Below are positions 12,544-24,446 of a stretch of 64,000 bases of DNA, piece after piece. Location of the stretch: the NCBI RefSeq assembly GCF_044324785.1, contig NZ_CP172127.1; one strand, given 5' to 3'. Numbering within the stretch: position 1 is the stretch's first letter; each line of letters starts with the position of its first letter. The notes under the pieces are model-generated. The model had not been told where the DNA came from. It saw only the letters and a program-made list of their open reading frames with translations, and searched no databases. The translations under genes and the position numbers were made by a program. The stretch is from Escherichia coli. Lineage in GTDB: Bacteria; Pseudomonadota; Gammaproteobacteria; Enterobacterales; Enterobacteriaceae.

Positions 12544-12666
12544 GCAAGTTCGGAATTTTCCCAGCAGTTATTGCTAACCTTTGTGAGGTAGATAAGAAAA
12601 AATATCGGCAGGAAAAGCAGGAAGTTGAGAAAAAGAAAATGCCCGACTAAGCGGGCATTCAGGGAA

Positions 12667-12834
<168 letters not shown>

Positions 12835-12944
12835 TCATGAGACTATTCTAACCGCTAAGCACAGAAAAGCACTCCCCTTTTGTGCGGTCAGCTTTGCGTG
12901 GCGTTCGTTTTCCGTCACAATAAGACTTTTGCCAGGATATTGTT

Positions 12945-13733
12945 ATGCAGGCCGAAATCCTTCTCACCCTTAAGCTCCAACAAAAATTATTCGCCGACCC
13001 GCGCCGCATTTCGCTACTAAAACACATTGCGCTTTCCGGTTCCATTAGCCAGGGAGCGAAAGATGCCGGTATCAGCTATAAAAGCGCCTGGGATGCCATT
13101 AACGAAATGAATCAGTTAAGTGAGCATATTCTGGTCGAGCGCGCAACAGGCGGTAAAGGTGGCGGCGGCGCAGTACTGACCCGCTATGGTCAGCGACTGA
13201 TTCAGCTCTATGACTTACTGGCGCAAATCCAGCAAAAAGCCTTTGATGTGTTAAGTGACGATGACGCCCTGCCGCTGAACAGCCTGCTGGCCGCGATCTC
13301 ACGTTTTTCACTGCAAACCAGCGCCCGTAACCAATGGTTTGGCACCATCACCGCCCGCGATCATGATGACGTTCAACAGCATGTTGATGTCTTACTGGCT
13401 GACGGAAAAACACGCCTGAAAGTCGCAATTACCGCACAAAGCGGCGCGCGTCTGGGGCTGGATGAAGGCAAAGAAGTGTTGATATTGCTAAAAGCGCCGT
13501 GGGTAGGCATTACTCAGGACGAAGCTGTCGCACAAAACGCCGACAACCAATTACCGGGTATTATTAGTCATATTGAGCGCGGCGCAGAGCAGTGCGAAGT
13601 ATTAATGGCGCTACCCGACGGGCAAACACTGTGCGCCACAGTGCCGGTAAATGAAGCGACTTCTCTTCAGCAAGGACAGAATGTCACGGCCTACTTTAAT
13701 GCCGACAGCGTGATTATCGCCACGCTGTGCTAA
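12945..13733 (+). CDS. modE: Molybdate-responsive transcriptional regulator
   Basis: 262 aa; synteny, divergent from acrZ-modABC. Confidence 0.9.
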   Translation: MQAEILLTLKLQQKLFADPRRISLLKHIALSGSISQGAKDAGISYKSAWDAINEMNQLSEHILVERATGGKGGGGAVLTRYGQRLIQLYDLLAQIQQKAFDVLSDDDALPLNSLLAAISRFSLQTSARNQWFGTITARDHDDVQQHVDVLLADGKTRLKVAITAQSGARLGLDEGKEVLILLKAPWVGITQDEAVAQNADNQLPGIISHIERGAEQCEVLMALPDGQTLCATVPVNEATSLQQGQNVTAYFNADSVIIATLC

Positions 13734-13800
13734 GCGTGTTGACAATTTGTTATGAAACACGTATCCCTGTCAGTAATCGCTGCACAAAATGGGATATAAA

Positions 13801-15273
13801 ATGTCATCGTTGCAAATTTTGCAAGGCACGTTTCGTCTTGGCGACACAAAAACGCTGCAATTGCCTCAGCTAACGTTAAACGCGGGTGATAGTTGGGCGT
13901 TTGTCGGTTCGAATGGAAGCGGGAAATCGGCCCTGGCCCGCGCGCTGGCGGGGGAACTTCCGCTTTTGAAAGGTGAACGGCAAAGCCAGTTTTCCCACAT
14001 CACTCGTCTCTCCTTCGAGCAATTGCAAAAGCTCGTCAGCGACGAATGGCAGCGGAATAACACCGATATGCTCGGCCCTGGCGAAGATGACACCGGACGC
14101 ACTACGGCTGAGATCATTCAGGATGAAGTAAAGGATGCACCGCGTTGCATGCAACTGGCGCAGCAGTTCGGTATTACCGCCCTCCTCGACCGACGCTTTA
14201 AATACCTTTCCACTGGCGAGACGCGAAAAACCCTGCTGTGTCAGGCGCTGATGTCGGAGCCTGACTTGTTGATTCTTGATGAGCCGTTCGATGGCCTGGA
14301 TGTTGCCTCACGTCAGCAGCTGGCTGAGCGACTCGCCTCGTTACATCTGTCCGGTATTACTCTGGTACTGGTGCTCAATCGCTTCGATGAGATCCCGGAA
14401 TTTGTCCAGTTTGCTGGCGTGCTGGCGGATTGCACGTTAGCGGAAACTGGCGCTAAAGAGGAACTGCTCCAACAAGCACTCGTCGCTCAACTGGCGCATA
14501 GTGAACAGCTTGAAGGTGTGCAACTGCCGGAGCCGGATGAACCTTCAGCACGTCACGCCTTACCCGCCAACGAACCGCGCATTGTGCTGAACAATGGCGT
14601 GGTTTCTTATAACGATCGCCCCATTCTTAATAACCTTAGCTGGCAGGTGAATCCAGGTGAACACTGGCAAATTGTCGGGCCAAATGGCGCGGGAAAATCG
14701 ACGTTATTAAGCCTGATTACTGGCGATCATCCGCAAGGTTACAGCAACGATTTGACGCTTTTCGGACGACGTCGTGGCAGCGGCGAAACCATCTGGGATA
14801 TCAAAAAGCATATCGGTTACGTCAGCAGTAGTTTGCATCTGGAATACCGGGTCAGTACTACTGTGCGTAATGTGATTCTTTCTGGCTATTTTGATTCGAT
14901 TGGCATTTATCAGGCCGTTTCGGATCGCCAGCAAAAACTGGTGCAGCAGTGGCTGGATATTCTCGGCATTGATAAACGCACGGCTGACGCTCCTTTCCAT
15001 AGTCTTTCCTGGGGACAGCAGCGTCTGGCGCTGATCGTCCGCGCACTGGTGAAACATCCGACGTTGCTTATTCTCGATGAACCACTACAGGGGCTTGATC
15101 CGCTCAATCGCCAGCTTATCCGCCGTTTTGCTGATGTGCTGATTAGCGAAGGTGAAACGCAATTGTTGTTTGTTTCGCACCACGCTGAAGATGCGCCTGC
15201 CTGTATTACCCATCGTCTTGAGTTCGTGCCGGACGGTGACTTTTATCGCTATGCGCTGACAAAAATAAACTGA
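13801..15273 (+). CDS. modF: Duplicated ABC-ATPase protein ModF
   Basis: Two ABC ATPase halves (GSNGSGKS and GPNGAGKS); start placed at MSSLQIL. Confidence 0.85.
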   Translation: MSSLQILQGTFRLGDTKTLQLPQLTLNAGDSWAFVGSNGSGKSALARALAGELPLLKGERQSQFSHITRLSFEQLQKLVSDEWQRNNTDMLGPGEDDTGRTTAEIIQDEVKDAPRCMQLAQQFGITALLDRRFKYLSTGETRKTLLCQALMSEPDLLILDEPFDGLDVASRQQLAERLASLHLSGITLVLVLNRFDEIPEFVQFAGVLADCTLAETGAKEELLQQALVAQLAHSEQLEGVQLPEPDEPSARHALPANEPRIVLNNGVVSYNDRPILNNLSWQVNPGEHWQIVGPNGAGKSTLLSLITGDHPQGYSNDLTLFGRRRGSGETIWDIKKHIGYVSSSLHLEYRVSTTVRNVILSGYFDSIGIYQAVSDRQQKLVQQWLDILGIDKRTADAPFHSLSWGQQRLALIVRALVKHPTLLILDEPLQGLDPLNRQLIRRFADVLISEGETQLLFVSHHAEDAPACITHRLEFVPDGDFYRYALTKIN

Positions 15274-15330
15274 GTCGGTAATGCTGACTGTACCGGAGGC
15301 GGCCTAAGCGCCCTCTCCGGCCTACAGTTC

Positions 15331-15363
15331 GACGCATCCAGGCATGAAACCGCGTCTTTTTTT
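15331..15363 (+). terminator. Intrinsic terminator after modF
   Basis: Hairpin gacgc..gcgtc followed by T8. Confidence 0.55.
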
Positions 15364-15440
15364 CAGATAAAAAGCGCAATCATTCATAAACCTGCTGTTT
15401 TATAATCACTTAATCGCACATAAAAAAAGGCTAAACTCTT

Positions 15441-15456
15441 GTGTAAACGATTCCAC
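15441..15456 (+). promoter_or_regulatory. gal operator OE (GalR/GalS site)
   Basis: Exact GTGTAAACGATTCCAC upstream of the gal P1/P2 promoter region (tatgctatggttat). Confidence 0.85.
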
Positions 15457-15534
15457 TAATTTATTCCATGTCACACTTTTCGCATCTTTGTTATGCTATG
15501 GTTATTTCATACCATAAGCCTAATGGAGCGAATT

Positions 15535-16551
15535 ATGAGAGTTCTGGTTACCGGTGGTAGCGGTTACATTGGAAGTCATACCTGTGTGCAATTACTGCAA
15601 AACGGTCATGATGTCATCATTCTTGATAACCTCTGTAACAGTAAGCGCAGCGTACTGCCTGTTATCGAGCGTTTAGGCGGCAAACATCCAACGTTTGTTG
15701 AAGGCGATATCCGTAACGAAGCGTTGATGACCGAGATCCTGCACGATCACGCTATCGATACCGTGATCCACTTCGCCGGGCTGAAAGCCGTTGGCGAATC
15801 GGTACAAAAACCGCTGGAATATTACGACAACAATGTCAACGGCACCCTGCGCCTGATTAGCGCCATGCGCGCCGCGAACGTCAAAAACTTTATTTTTAGC
15901 TCCTCCGCCACCGTCTATGGCGATCAGCCCAAAATTCCATACGTTGAAAGCTTCCCGACCGGCACACCGCAAAGCCCTTACGGCAAAAGCAAGCTAATGG
16001 TGGAACAGATCCTCACCGATCTGCAAAAAGCCCAGCCGGACTGGAGCATTGCCCTGCTGCGCTACTTCAACCCGGTTGGCGCGCATCCGTCGGGCGATAT
16101 GGGCGAAGATCCGCAAGGCATTCCGAATAACCTGATGCCATACATCGCCCAGGTTGCTGTAGGCCGTCGCGACTCGCTGGCGATTTTTGGTAACGATTAT
16201 CCGACCGAAGACGGTACTGGCGTGCGCGATTACATCCACGTAATGGATCTGGCGGACGGTCACGTCGTGGCGATGGAAAAACTGGCGAACAAGCCAGGCG
16301 TACACATCTACAACCTCGGCGCTGGTGTGGGCAGCAGCGTGCTGGATGTGGTTAATGCCTTCAGCAAAGCCTGCGGCAAACCGGTTAACTATCATTTTGC
16401 ACCGCGTCGCGAGGGCGACCTTCCGGCCTACTGGGCGGACGCCAGCAAAGCCGACCGTGAACTGAACTGGCGCGTAACGCGCACACTCGATGAAATGGCG
16501 CAGGACACCTGGCACTGGCAGTCACGCCATCCACAGGGATATCCCGATTAA
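15535..16551 (+). CDS. galE: UDP-glucose 4-epimerase
   Basis: N-terminus MRVLVTGGSGYIGSH (Rossmann motif); start placed at ATG 15535. Confidence 0.95.
   Translation: MRVLVTGGSGYIGSHTCVQLLQNGHDVIILDNLCNSKRSVLPVIERLGGKHPTFVEGDIRNEALMTEILHDHAIDTVIHFAGLKAVGESVQKPLEYYDNNVNGTLRLISAMRAANVKNFIFSSSATVYGDQPKIPYVESFPTGTPQSPYGKSKLMVEQILTDLQKAQPDWSIALLRYFNPVGAHPSGDMGEDPQGIPNNLMPYIAQVAVGRRDSLAIFGNDYPTEDGTGVRDYIHVMDLADGHVVAMEKLANKPGVHIYNLGAGVGSSVLDVVNAFSKACGKPVNYHFAPRREGDLPAYWADASKADRELNWRVTRTLDEMAQDTWHWQSRHPQGYPD
15554..15569 (+). promoter_or_regulatory. gal operator OI inside the 5' end of galE
   Basis: Exact GTGGTAGCGGTTACAT. Confidence 0.85.
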
Positions 16552-16560
16552 GGAACGACC

Positions 16561-17607
16561 ATGACGCAATTTAATCCCGTTGATCATCCACATCGCCGCT
16601 ATAACCCGCTCACCGGGCAATGGATTCTGGTTTCACCGCACCGCGCTAAGCGCCCCTGGCAGGGGGCGCAGGAAACGCCAGCCAAACAGGTGTTACCTGC
16701 GCACGATCCAGATTGCTTCCTCTGCGCAGGTAATGTGCGGGTGACAGGCGATAAAAACCCCGATTACACCGGGACTTACGTTTTCACTAATGACTTTGCG
16801 GCCTTGATGTCTGACACGCCAGATGCGCCAGAAAGCAAAGATCCGCTGATGCGTTGCCAGAGCGCGCGCGGTACCAGCCGGGTGATCTGCTTTTCACCGG
16901 ATCACAGTAAAACGTTGCCAGAACTGAGCGTTGCGGCATTGACGGAAATCGTCAAAACCTGGCAGGAGCAAACCGCAGAACTGGGGAAAACATACCCATG
17001 GGTGCAGGTCTTTGAAAACAAAGGTGCGGCGATGGGCTGCTCTAACCCGCATCCGCACGGACAGATTTGGGCAAATAGCTTCCTGCCTAACGAAGCTGAG
17101 CGCGAAGACCGCCTGCAAAAAGAATATTTTGCCGAACAGAAATCACCAATGCTGGTGGATTATGTTCAGCGCGAGCTGGCAGACGGTAGCCGTACCGTTG
17201 TCGAAACCGAACACTGGTTAGCCGTCGTGCCTTACTGGGCTGCCTGGCCGTTCGAAACGCTACTGCTGCCCAAAGCCCACGTTTTGCGGATCACCGATTT
17301 GACCGACGCCCAGCGCAGCGATTTGGCGCTGGCGTTGAAAAAGCTGACCAGTCGTTATGACAACCTCTTCCAGTGCTCCTTCCCCTACTCTATGGGCTGG
17401 CACGGCGCGCCATTTAATGGCGAAGAGAATCAACACTGGCAGCTGCACGCGCACTTTTATCCGCCTCTGTTGCGCTCCGCCACCGTACGTAAATTTATGG
17501 TTGGTTATGAAATGCTGGCAGAGACCCAGCGAGACCTGACCGCAGAACAGGCAGCAGAGCGTTTGCGCGCAGTCAGCGATATCCATTTTCGCGAATCCGG
17601 AGTGTAA
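16561..17607 (+). CDS. galT: Galactose-1-phosphate uridylyltransferase
   Basis: 348 aa; HPH motif; gal operon synteny. Confidence 0.95.
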   Translation: MTQFNPVDHPHRRYNPLTGQWILVSPHRAKRPWQGAQETPAKQVLPAHDPDCFLCAGNVRVTGDKNPDYTGTYVFTNDFAALMSDTPDAPESKDPLMRCQSARGTSRVICFSPDHSKTLPELSVAALTEIVKTWQEQTAELGKTYPWVQVFENKGAAMGCSNPHPHGQIWANSFLPNEAEREDRLQKEYFAEQKSPMLVDYVQRELADGSRTVVETEHWLAVVPYWAAWPFETLLLPKAHVLRITDLTDAQRSDLALALKKLTSRYDNLFQCSFPYSMGWHGAPFNGEENQHWQLHAHFYPPLLRSATVRKFMVGYEMLAETQRDLTAEQAAERLRAVSDIHFRESGV

Positions 17608-17610
17608 GAA

Positions 17611-18759
17611 ATGAGTCTGAAAGAAAAAACACAATCTCTGTTTGCCAACGCATTTGGCTACCCTGCCACTCACACCATTCAGGCGCCTGGCCGCGTGAAT
17701 TTGATTGGTGAACACACCGACTACAATGACGGTTTCGTTCTGCCCTGCGCGATTGATTATCAAACCGTGATCAGTTGTGCGCCACGCGATGACCGTAAAG
17801 TTCGCGTAATGGCAGCCGATTATGAAAATCAGCTCGACGAGTTTTCCCTTGATGCGCCCATTGTCGCACATGAAAACTATCAATGGGCGAACTACGTTCG
17901 TGGCGTGGTGAAACATCTGCAACTGCGTAACAACAGCTTCGGCGGCGTGGACATGGTGATTAGCGGCAATGTGCCGCAGGGTGCCGGGTTAAGTTCTTCC
18001 GCCTCACTGGAAGTCGCGGTCGGAACCGTATTGCAGCAGCTTTATCATCTGCCGCTGGACGGCGCACAAATCGCGCTTAACGGCCAGGAAGCAGAAAACC
18101 AGTTTGTTGGCTGTAACTGCGGGATCATGGATCAGCTAATTTCCGCGCTCGGCAAGAAAGATCATGCCTTGCTGATTGACTGCCGCTCACTGGGTACCAA
18201 AGCAGTCTCCATGCCGAAAGGTGTGGCTGTCGTCATCATCAACAGTAACTTCAAACGTACCCTGGTTGGCAGCGAATACAACACCCGTCGTGAACAGTGC
18301 GAAACCGGTGCGCGTTTCTTCCAGCAGCCAGCCCTGCGCGATGTCACCATTGAAGAGTTCAACGCTGTTGCGCATGAACTGGACCCAATCGTGGCGAAAC
18401 GCGTGCGTCATATCCTGACTGAAAACGCCCGCACCGTTGAAGCTGCCAGCGCGCTGGAGCAAGGCGACCTGAAACGTATGGGCGAGTTGATGGCGGAGTC
18501 TCATGCCTCTATGCGCGATGATTTCGAAATCACCGTGCCGCAAATTGACACTCTGGTAGAAATCGTCAAAGCTGTGATTGGCGACAAAGGTGGCGTACGC
18601 ATGACCGGCGGCGGATTTGGCGGCTGTATCGTCGCGCTGATCCCGGAAGAGCTGGTGCCTGCCGTACAGCAAGCTGTCGCTGAACAATATGAAGCAAAAA
18701 CAGGTATTAAAGAGACTTTTTACGTTTGTAAACCATCACAAGGAGCAGGACAGTGCTGA
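17611..18759 (+). CDS. galK: Galactokinase
   Basis: 382 aa; GHMP kinase motifs; synteny. Confidence 0.95.
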
Positions 18760-19793
18760 ACGAAACTCCCGCACTGGCACCCGATGGTCAGCCGTACCGA
18801 CTGTTAACTTTGCGTAACAACGCAGGGATGGTAGTCACGCTGATGGACTGGGGTGCGACTTTACTTTCAGCCCGTATTCCGCTTTCCGATGGCAGCGTCC
18901 GCGAGGCGCTGCTCGGCTGTGCCAGCCCGGAATGCTATCAGGATCAGGCCGCGTTTCTGGGGGCCTCTATTGGTCGTTATGCCAACCGTATCGCCAATAG
19001 CCGTTATACCTTTGACGCTGAAACCGTGACGCTTTCGCCAAGTCAGGGCGTTAACCAGCTGCACGGCGGCCCGGAAGGGTTCGACAAACGTCGCTGGCAG
19101 ATTGTGAACCAGAACGATCGTCAGGTACTGTTTGCCCTGAGTTCAGATGATGGCGATCAGGGCTTCCCGGGTAATCTCGGTGCGACGGTGCAATATCGTC
19201 TGACCGACGATAACCGTATCTCCATTACTTATCGCGCCACAGTTGATAAACCTTGCCCGGTGAATATGACTAATCACGTCTATTTCAATCTTGACGGCGA
19301 GCAGTCTGACGTGCGCAATCACAAGTTGCAGATTCTGGCGGACGAATATCTGCCGGTTGATGAAGGCGGCATTCCGCACGACGGCCTAAAATCTGTCGCC
19401 GGAACGTCTTTTGATTTCCGCAGCGCCAAAATCATCGCCAGTGAGTTTCTTGCCGACGACGATCAGCGCAAAGTGAAAGGTTACGATCACGCGTTCTTGT
19501 TACAGGCCAAAGGCGATGGCAAGAAAGTGGCGGCGCATGTCTGGTCAGCAGATGAAAAATTGCAGCTGAAGGTCTACACCACCGCTCCGGCTCTGCAATT
19601 CTACTCCGGCAACTACCTCGGCGGCACACCGTCGCGGGGAACCGAACCTTACGCCGACTGGCAAGGGCTAGCTCTGGAAAGCGAGTTTCTGCCGGACAGC
19701 CCGAACCACCCTGAATGGCCGCAACCGGACTGCTTCCTGCGTCCTGGCGAAGAGTATTCCAGCCTGACGGAATATCAGTTTATTGCTGAGTAA
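18753..19793 (+). CDS. galM: Aldose 1-epimerase (galactose mutarotase)
   Basis: 346 aa; overlaps galK stop; synteny. Confidence 0.9.
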
Positions 19794-19947
19794 TGTTAAG
19801 CCCTCGTCATGAGGGCTTTATCCTCATATTGTTCAAATCACCAGCAAACACCGACATATTTGCAACTCAATATTCACAACAACCTTACACTGCGACACTA
19901 TTTTCGCTATGGTTATGCGTAAGCATTGCTGTTGCTTCGTCACGGCA

Positions 19948-19970
19948 ATATAATGAGAATTATTATCATT
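19948..19970 (+). promoter_or_regulatory. Fur-box-like element upstream of gpmA
   Basis: atataatgagaattattatcatt resembles the Fur consensus (gataatgataatcattatc); gpmA is reported to be Fur-regulated. Confidence 0.45.
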
Positions 19971-19995
19971 AAAAGATGATTTGAGGAGTAAGTAT

Positions 19996-20748
19996 ATGGC
20001 TGTAACTAAGCTGGTTCTGGTTCGTCATGGCGAAAGTCAGTGGAACAAAGAAAACCGTTTCACCGGTTGGTACGACGTGGATCTGTCTGAGAAAGGCGTA
20101 AGCGAAGCAAAAGCAGCAGGTAAGCTGCTGAAAGAGGAAGGTTACAGCTTTGACTTTGCTTACACCTCTGTGCTGAAACGCGCTATTCATACCCTGTGGA
20201 ATGTGCTGGACGAACTGGATCAGGCATGGCTGCCCGTTGAGAAATCCTGGAAACTGAACGAACGTCACTACGGTGCGTTGCAGGGTCTGAACAAAGCGGA
20301 AACTGCTGAAAAGTATGGCGACGAGCAGGTGAAACAGTGGCGTCGTGGTTTTGCAGTGACTCCGCCGGAACTGACTAAAGATGATGAGCGTTATCCGGGT
20401 CACGATCCGCGTTACGCGAAACTGAGCGAGAAAGAACTGCCGCTGACGGAAAGCCTGGCGCTGACCATTGACCGCGTGATCCCTTACTGGAATGAAACCA
20501 TTCTGCCGCGTATGAAGAGCGGTGAGCGCGTAATCATCGCCGCACACGGTAACTCGTTACGTGCGCTGGTGAAATATCTCGATAACATGAGCGAAGAAGA
20601 GATTCTTGAGCTGAATATCCCGACTGGTGTGCCACTGGTGTATGAGTTCGACGAGAATTTCAAACCGTTGAAACGCTATTATCTGGGTAATGCTGACGAG
20701 ATCGCGGCGAAAGCAGCGGCCGTTGCGAACCAGGGTAAAGCGAAGTAA
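19996..20748 (+). CDS. gpmA: 2,3-bisphosphoglycerate-dependent phosphoglycerate mutase
   Basis: N-terminus [17 protein letters not shown]; start placed at internal ATG of the ORF-track frame. Confidence 0.9.
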
Positions 20749-20772
20749 ACGTCATTCGCTTAAAAATGAGAA

Positions 20773-20802
20773 AGCCGACTGCAAGTGAGTCGGCTTTTTT
20801 GT
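20773..20802 (+). terminator. Intrinsic terminator after gpmA
   Basis: Hairpin agccgact..agtcggct followed by T6. Confidence 0.7.
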
Positions 20803-20895
20803 TTGTCGTTGCTAACAATGGAGCACATTGCCTGATGCGACGCTGCGCGTCTTATCAGGGCTGCAAACGTACAGTCATGGCGATTCGACTATAAA

Positions 20896-21948
20896 TTACC
20901 CGCGACGCGCTTTTACTGCATTCGCCAGTTGACGTAACAGAGCATCGGTATCATCCCAGCCAATGCAGGCATCGGTGATGCTCTTGCCATAGGCCAGCGG
21001 TTCCCCACTCTCGAGGCTCTGATTGCCTTCCACCAGATGGCTTTCCACCATCACGCCAATAATGGCCTTTTCGCCACCGGCAATCTGCTGGCAAACGTCA
21101 GTACAAACATCCATCTGCTTTTTGAATTGTTTGGACGAATTAGCATGGCTGAAATCGATCATCACCTGTGCTGGCAGGCCTGCTTTGTTCAGCCCTTCTT
21201 TCACTTCAGCAACGTGCTTCGCGCTGTAGTTAGGCTCTTTACCGCCGCGCAGAATGATATGGCAATCGCCGTTACCGCTGGTATTCACAATCGCCGAATG
21301 CCCCCATTTCGTTACGGACAGGAAGCAGTGCGGCGCACCGGCGGCATTAATGGCATCGATAGCCACTTTAATCGTACCATCAGTGCCATTTTTGAAGCCT
21401 ACCGGGCAAGAAAGCCCTGATGCCAGTTCGCGGTGCACCTGCGATTCCGTAGTACGTGCGCCAATTGCGCCCCAGCTCATCAGGTCAGCGAGATATTGTG
21501 GGGTGATCATATCCAGGAATTCACCCGCCGCTGGCAGACCGCTGTCGTTAATATCGAGCAGCAATTTGCGGGCAATACGCAGACCGTCGTTGATCTGGAA
21601 GCTGTTATCCATATGCGGATCGTTAATCAGCCCTTTCCAGCCCACCGTAGTACGCGGCTTTTCAAAATAGACGCGCATCACGATTTCCAGCTCATCTTGC
21701 AGCTCTTCACGCAGCGTCAGCAAGCGAGCGGCATACTCTTTAGCCGCGACAGGATCATGAATTGAGCACGGACCAATCACCACCAACAGGCGATCATCAT
21801 TACCTTTCAGGATTTTATGGATCGCTTTTCGGGCATGGGCGACCGTATTCGCGGCATTTTCAGTAGCGGGGAATTTTTCCAGCAATGCGACAGGAGGAAG
21901 TAACTCTTTGATTTCTTTGATGCGTAAATCGTCGTTCTGATAATTCAT
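20896..21948 (-). CDS. aroG: Phe-sensitive DAHP synthase
   Basis: 350 aa starting MNYQNDDLRIKEIKELLPP; synteny. Confidence 0.9.
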   Translation of the reverse strand: MNYQNDDLRIKEIKELLPPVALLEKFPATENAANTVAHARKAIHKILKGNDDRLLVVIGPCSIHDPVAAKEYAARLLTLREELQDELEIVMRVYFEKPRTTVGWKGLINDPHMDNSFQINDGLRIARKLLLDINDSGLPAAGEFLDMITPQYLADLMSWGAIGARTTESQVHRELASGLSCPVGFKNGTDGTIKVAIDAINAAGAPHCFLSVTKWGHSAIVNTSGNGDCHIILRGGKEPNYSAKHVAEVKEGLNKAGLPAQVMIDFSHANSSKQFKKQMDVCTDVCQQIAGGEKAIIGVMVESHLVEGNQSLESGEPLAYGKSITDACIGWDDTDALLRQLANAVKARRG

Positions 21949-22018
21949 GTCTGTTCCAGTGTTGCCATACTTATCTTAGTGAATGCAATACTTCCAATCT
22001 ATATCTTCCGTCAGAATG

Positions 22019-22036
22019 TGTAAACGGGGTTTTACA
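22019..22036. promoter_or_regulatory. TyrR box upstream of aroG
   Basis: TGTAAA-N6-TTTACA palindrome about 70 bp upstream of the aroG start. Confidence 0.6.
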
Positions 22037-22263
22037 CTATGAACGGATTAATCCTGGAATTAGCAAGAAAAACGCCAGATTGTCGCGAAAAACGAGATCT
22101 CTCCTACAATTTCTAACTGTAACTCCTTTGTTTGTTAATTATTTCAAGATTCTCTGCTGGGTATCTTTGCCTGGCTGAAATCTTAAACCATTGCCTTATA
22201 TTCACCTGCAAATGCACTGTTGGAAGAGGTTATCCGACATAACGACCATAACAGGAGCATCCT

Positions 22264-22644
22264 ATGAAAATGACAAAACTGGCCACACTATTTTTGACTG
22301 CCACTCTAAGCCTTGCCAGCGGTGCCGCACTGGCTGCCGATAGCGGAGCGCAAAGCAATAACGGCCAGGCAAACGCCGCAGCTGATGCGGGCCAGGTAGC
22401 CCCTGATGCCCGTGAAAATGTCGCGCCAAATAACGTCGACAATAACGGGGTAAATACCGGTTCTGGCGGCACAATGCTGCATCCGGATGGTTCTTCAATG
22501 AACAATGACGGCATGACCAAAGATGAAGAGCACAAGAACACCATGTGCAAAGATGGTCGCTGCCCGGATATCAATAAAAAAGTCCAAACCGGTGATGGCA
22601 TCAACAATGATGTCGATACCAAAACCGACGGTACCACGCAGTAA
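22264..22644 (+). CDS. ybgS: Secreted low-complexity protein YbgS
   Basis: 126 aa with signal peptide; synteny. Confidence 0.75.
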   Translation: MKMTKLATLFLTATLSLASGAALAADSGAQSNNGQANAAADAGQVAPDARENVAPNNVDNNGVNTGSGGTMLHPDGSSMNNDGMTKDEEHKNTMCKDGRCPDINKKVQTGDGINNDVDTKTDGTTQ

Positions 22645-22757
22645 CCCTGCGAAATAGCCAATAATGGGAGAGCGGAGTCTCTCCCTTTTAATTTTTCCCT
22701 TCTAAAAGCAGTATGATGTCATAAAGTTAAGTGAGAATAATTAAGGGATGACTCGTC

Positions 22758-23693
22758 ATGGCGCACTCACACACTTCCTCACACCTGCCAGAAGATAATA
22801 ATGCTCGTCGCTTGTTGTATGCTTTCGGCGTGACTGCCGGGTTTATGCTCGTAGAAGTCATTGGTGGTTTTCTTTCCGGTTCTCTGGCATTGCTGGCCGA
22901 TGCGGGTCATATGTTGACCGATACTGCCGCCCTGCTTTTCGCCCTACTCGCCGTGCAATTTTCACGTCGACCTCCCACCATTCGCCACACTTTCGGTTGG
23001 CTAAGATTGACCACGCTCGCAGCATTTGTGAATGCTATCGCCCTGGTGGTGATTACCATTTTGATTGTCTGGGAGGCGATAGAACGCTTCCGCACACCGC
23101 GTCCGGTCGAGGGCGGCATGATGATGGCAATTGCCGTGGCTGGGCTGTTGGCAAATATACTTTCTTTCTGGTTACTTCATCACGGCAGCGAAGAGAAAAA
23201 CCTCAACGTGCGAGCAGCGGCACTGCATGTGCTCGGGGACCTGCTGGGTTCGGTTGGGGCTATTATTGCCGCGTTGATTATTATCTGGACCGGCTGGACA
23301 CCTGCTGACCCCATTCTCTCAATACTGGTGTCGCTTCTGGTTCTGCGTAGCGCGTGGCGACTGTTGAAAGATAGCGTGAATGAATTACTTGAAGGTGCAC
23401 CGGTATCGCTGGATATCGCCGAACTGAAGCGTCGTATGTGCCGGGAAATCCCGGAAGTCCGCAATGTGCACCATGTACATGTATGGATGGTAGGCGAGAA
23501 GCCGGTGATGACGCTGCATGTGCAGGTGATCCCGCCACACGATCACGATGCCTTGTTAGATCAGATCCAACACTACCTGATGGATCACTATCAGATTGAG
23601 CACGCCACTATTCAGATGGAATATCAACCTTGTCATGGGCCAGACTGCCACCTGAATGAAGGGGTGTCTGGCCATTCACATCATCACCATTAA
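22758..23693 (+). CDS. zitB: Cation diffusion facilitator zinc efflux transporter
   Basis: 311 aa CDF-family membrane protein with His-rich C-terminus (GHSHHHH); synteny. Confidence 0.85.
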
Positions 23694-24409
23694 TGGGACA
23701 GCGCGCGTGAACCTCTTTCGCGTGCGCTGTTGATCCACATCCGGCTGCCGTTGAGGGCAATAAAGGTCAGGATGATGTACTCCAGAGACATGGCGTAAAC
23801 GCCCTGAAGTGCAAAAATAACGACGCTAATCACGTTAATAATCACCCACAACAGCCAGTTTTCCACATACTTACGCGTCATCAGAATCATTGCCACGATA
23901 GATAACACCATCATACAGGAATCCCAGAACGGGAAAGCGTCCGGTTGCAGTTCAGGCATCGCAACCTGTAATCCTAATGCTTGCATGATCATGACTGCCA
24001 CGCGGGTCAAAAATGCAAACACCGGATTGATAAATACCGTCATCAGACCAATCGAAACAACGCAAACCGCTAACCAGCTTAGCGCCTTCGGCAATGGCAA
24101 CCAGCGAATTTTCAACTCCGCCTCGTTCTGACTGGTTTGTCGCGACCACGCATACCAGCCGTAAATATTCGCGGCAAAGAAAAACACTTGTAAGAGCAGG
24201 CTGGCATACAGCTGAATCTGAAAGAAAATAATGCCAAACAAGGTGACGTTGATCAGGCCAAAGAAGTAGTTGCTGATCTTCTCCAGACTGGCAAGGCCAA
24301 TACACAGCAACCCGGCGATCGTGCCTACCGCTTCGATCCATGAGAGATCATAACCGCCTGCTCCTATTGGTATATGTACCAGGATATTCTGCACACTAAA
24401 AAAATCCAT
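23690..24409 (-). CDS. pnuC: Nicotinamide riboside transporter
   Basis: 239 aa membrane protein co-transcribed downstream of nadA. Confidence 0.85.
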
Positions 24410-24446
24410 CTTTCCCCCAAAGCGTAACGTTACGCCTTATTATTCG

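Noticed and set aside
17260-17922. 220 aa minus-strand ORF spanning the galT/galK junction
   Set aside because: Antisense to two well-supported gal genes.
19969-20547. 192 aa minus-strand ORF opposite gpmA
   Set aside because: Antisense to gpmA; no independent support.
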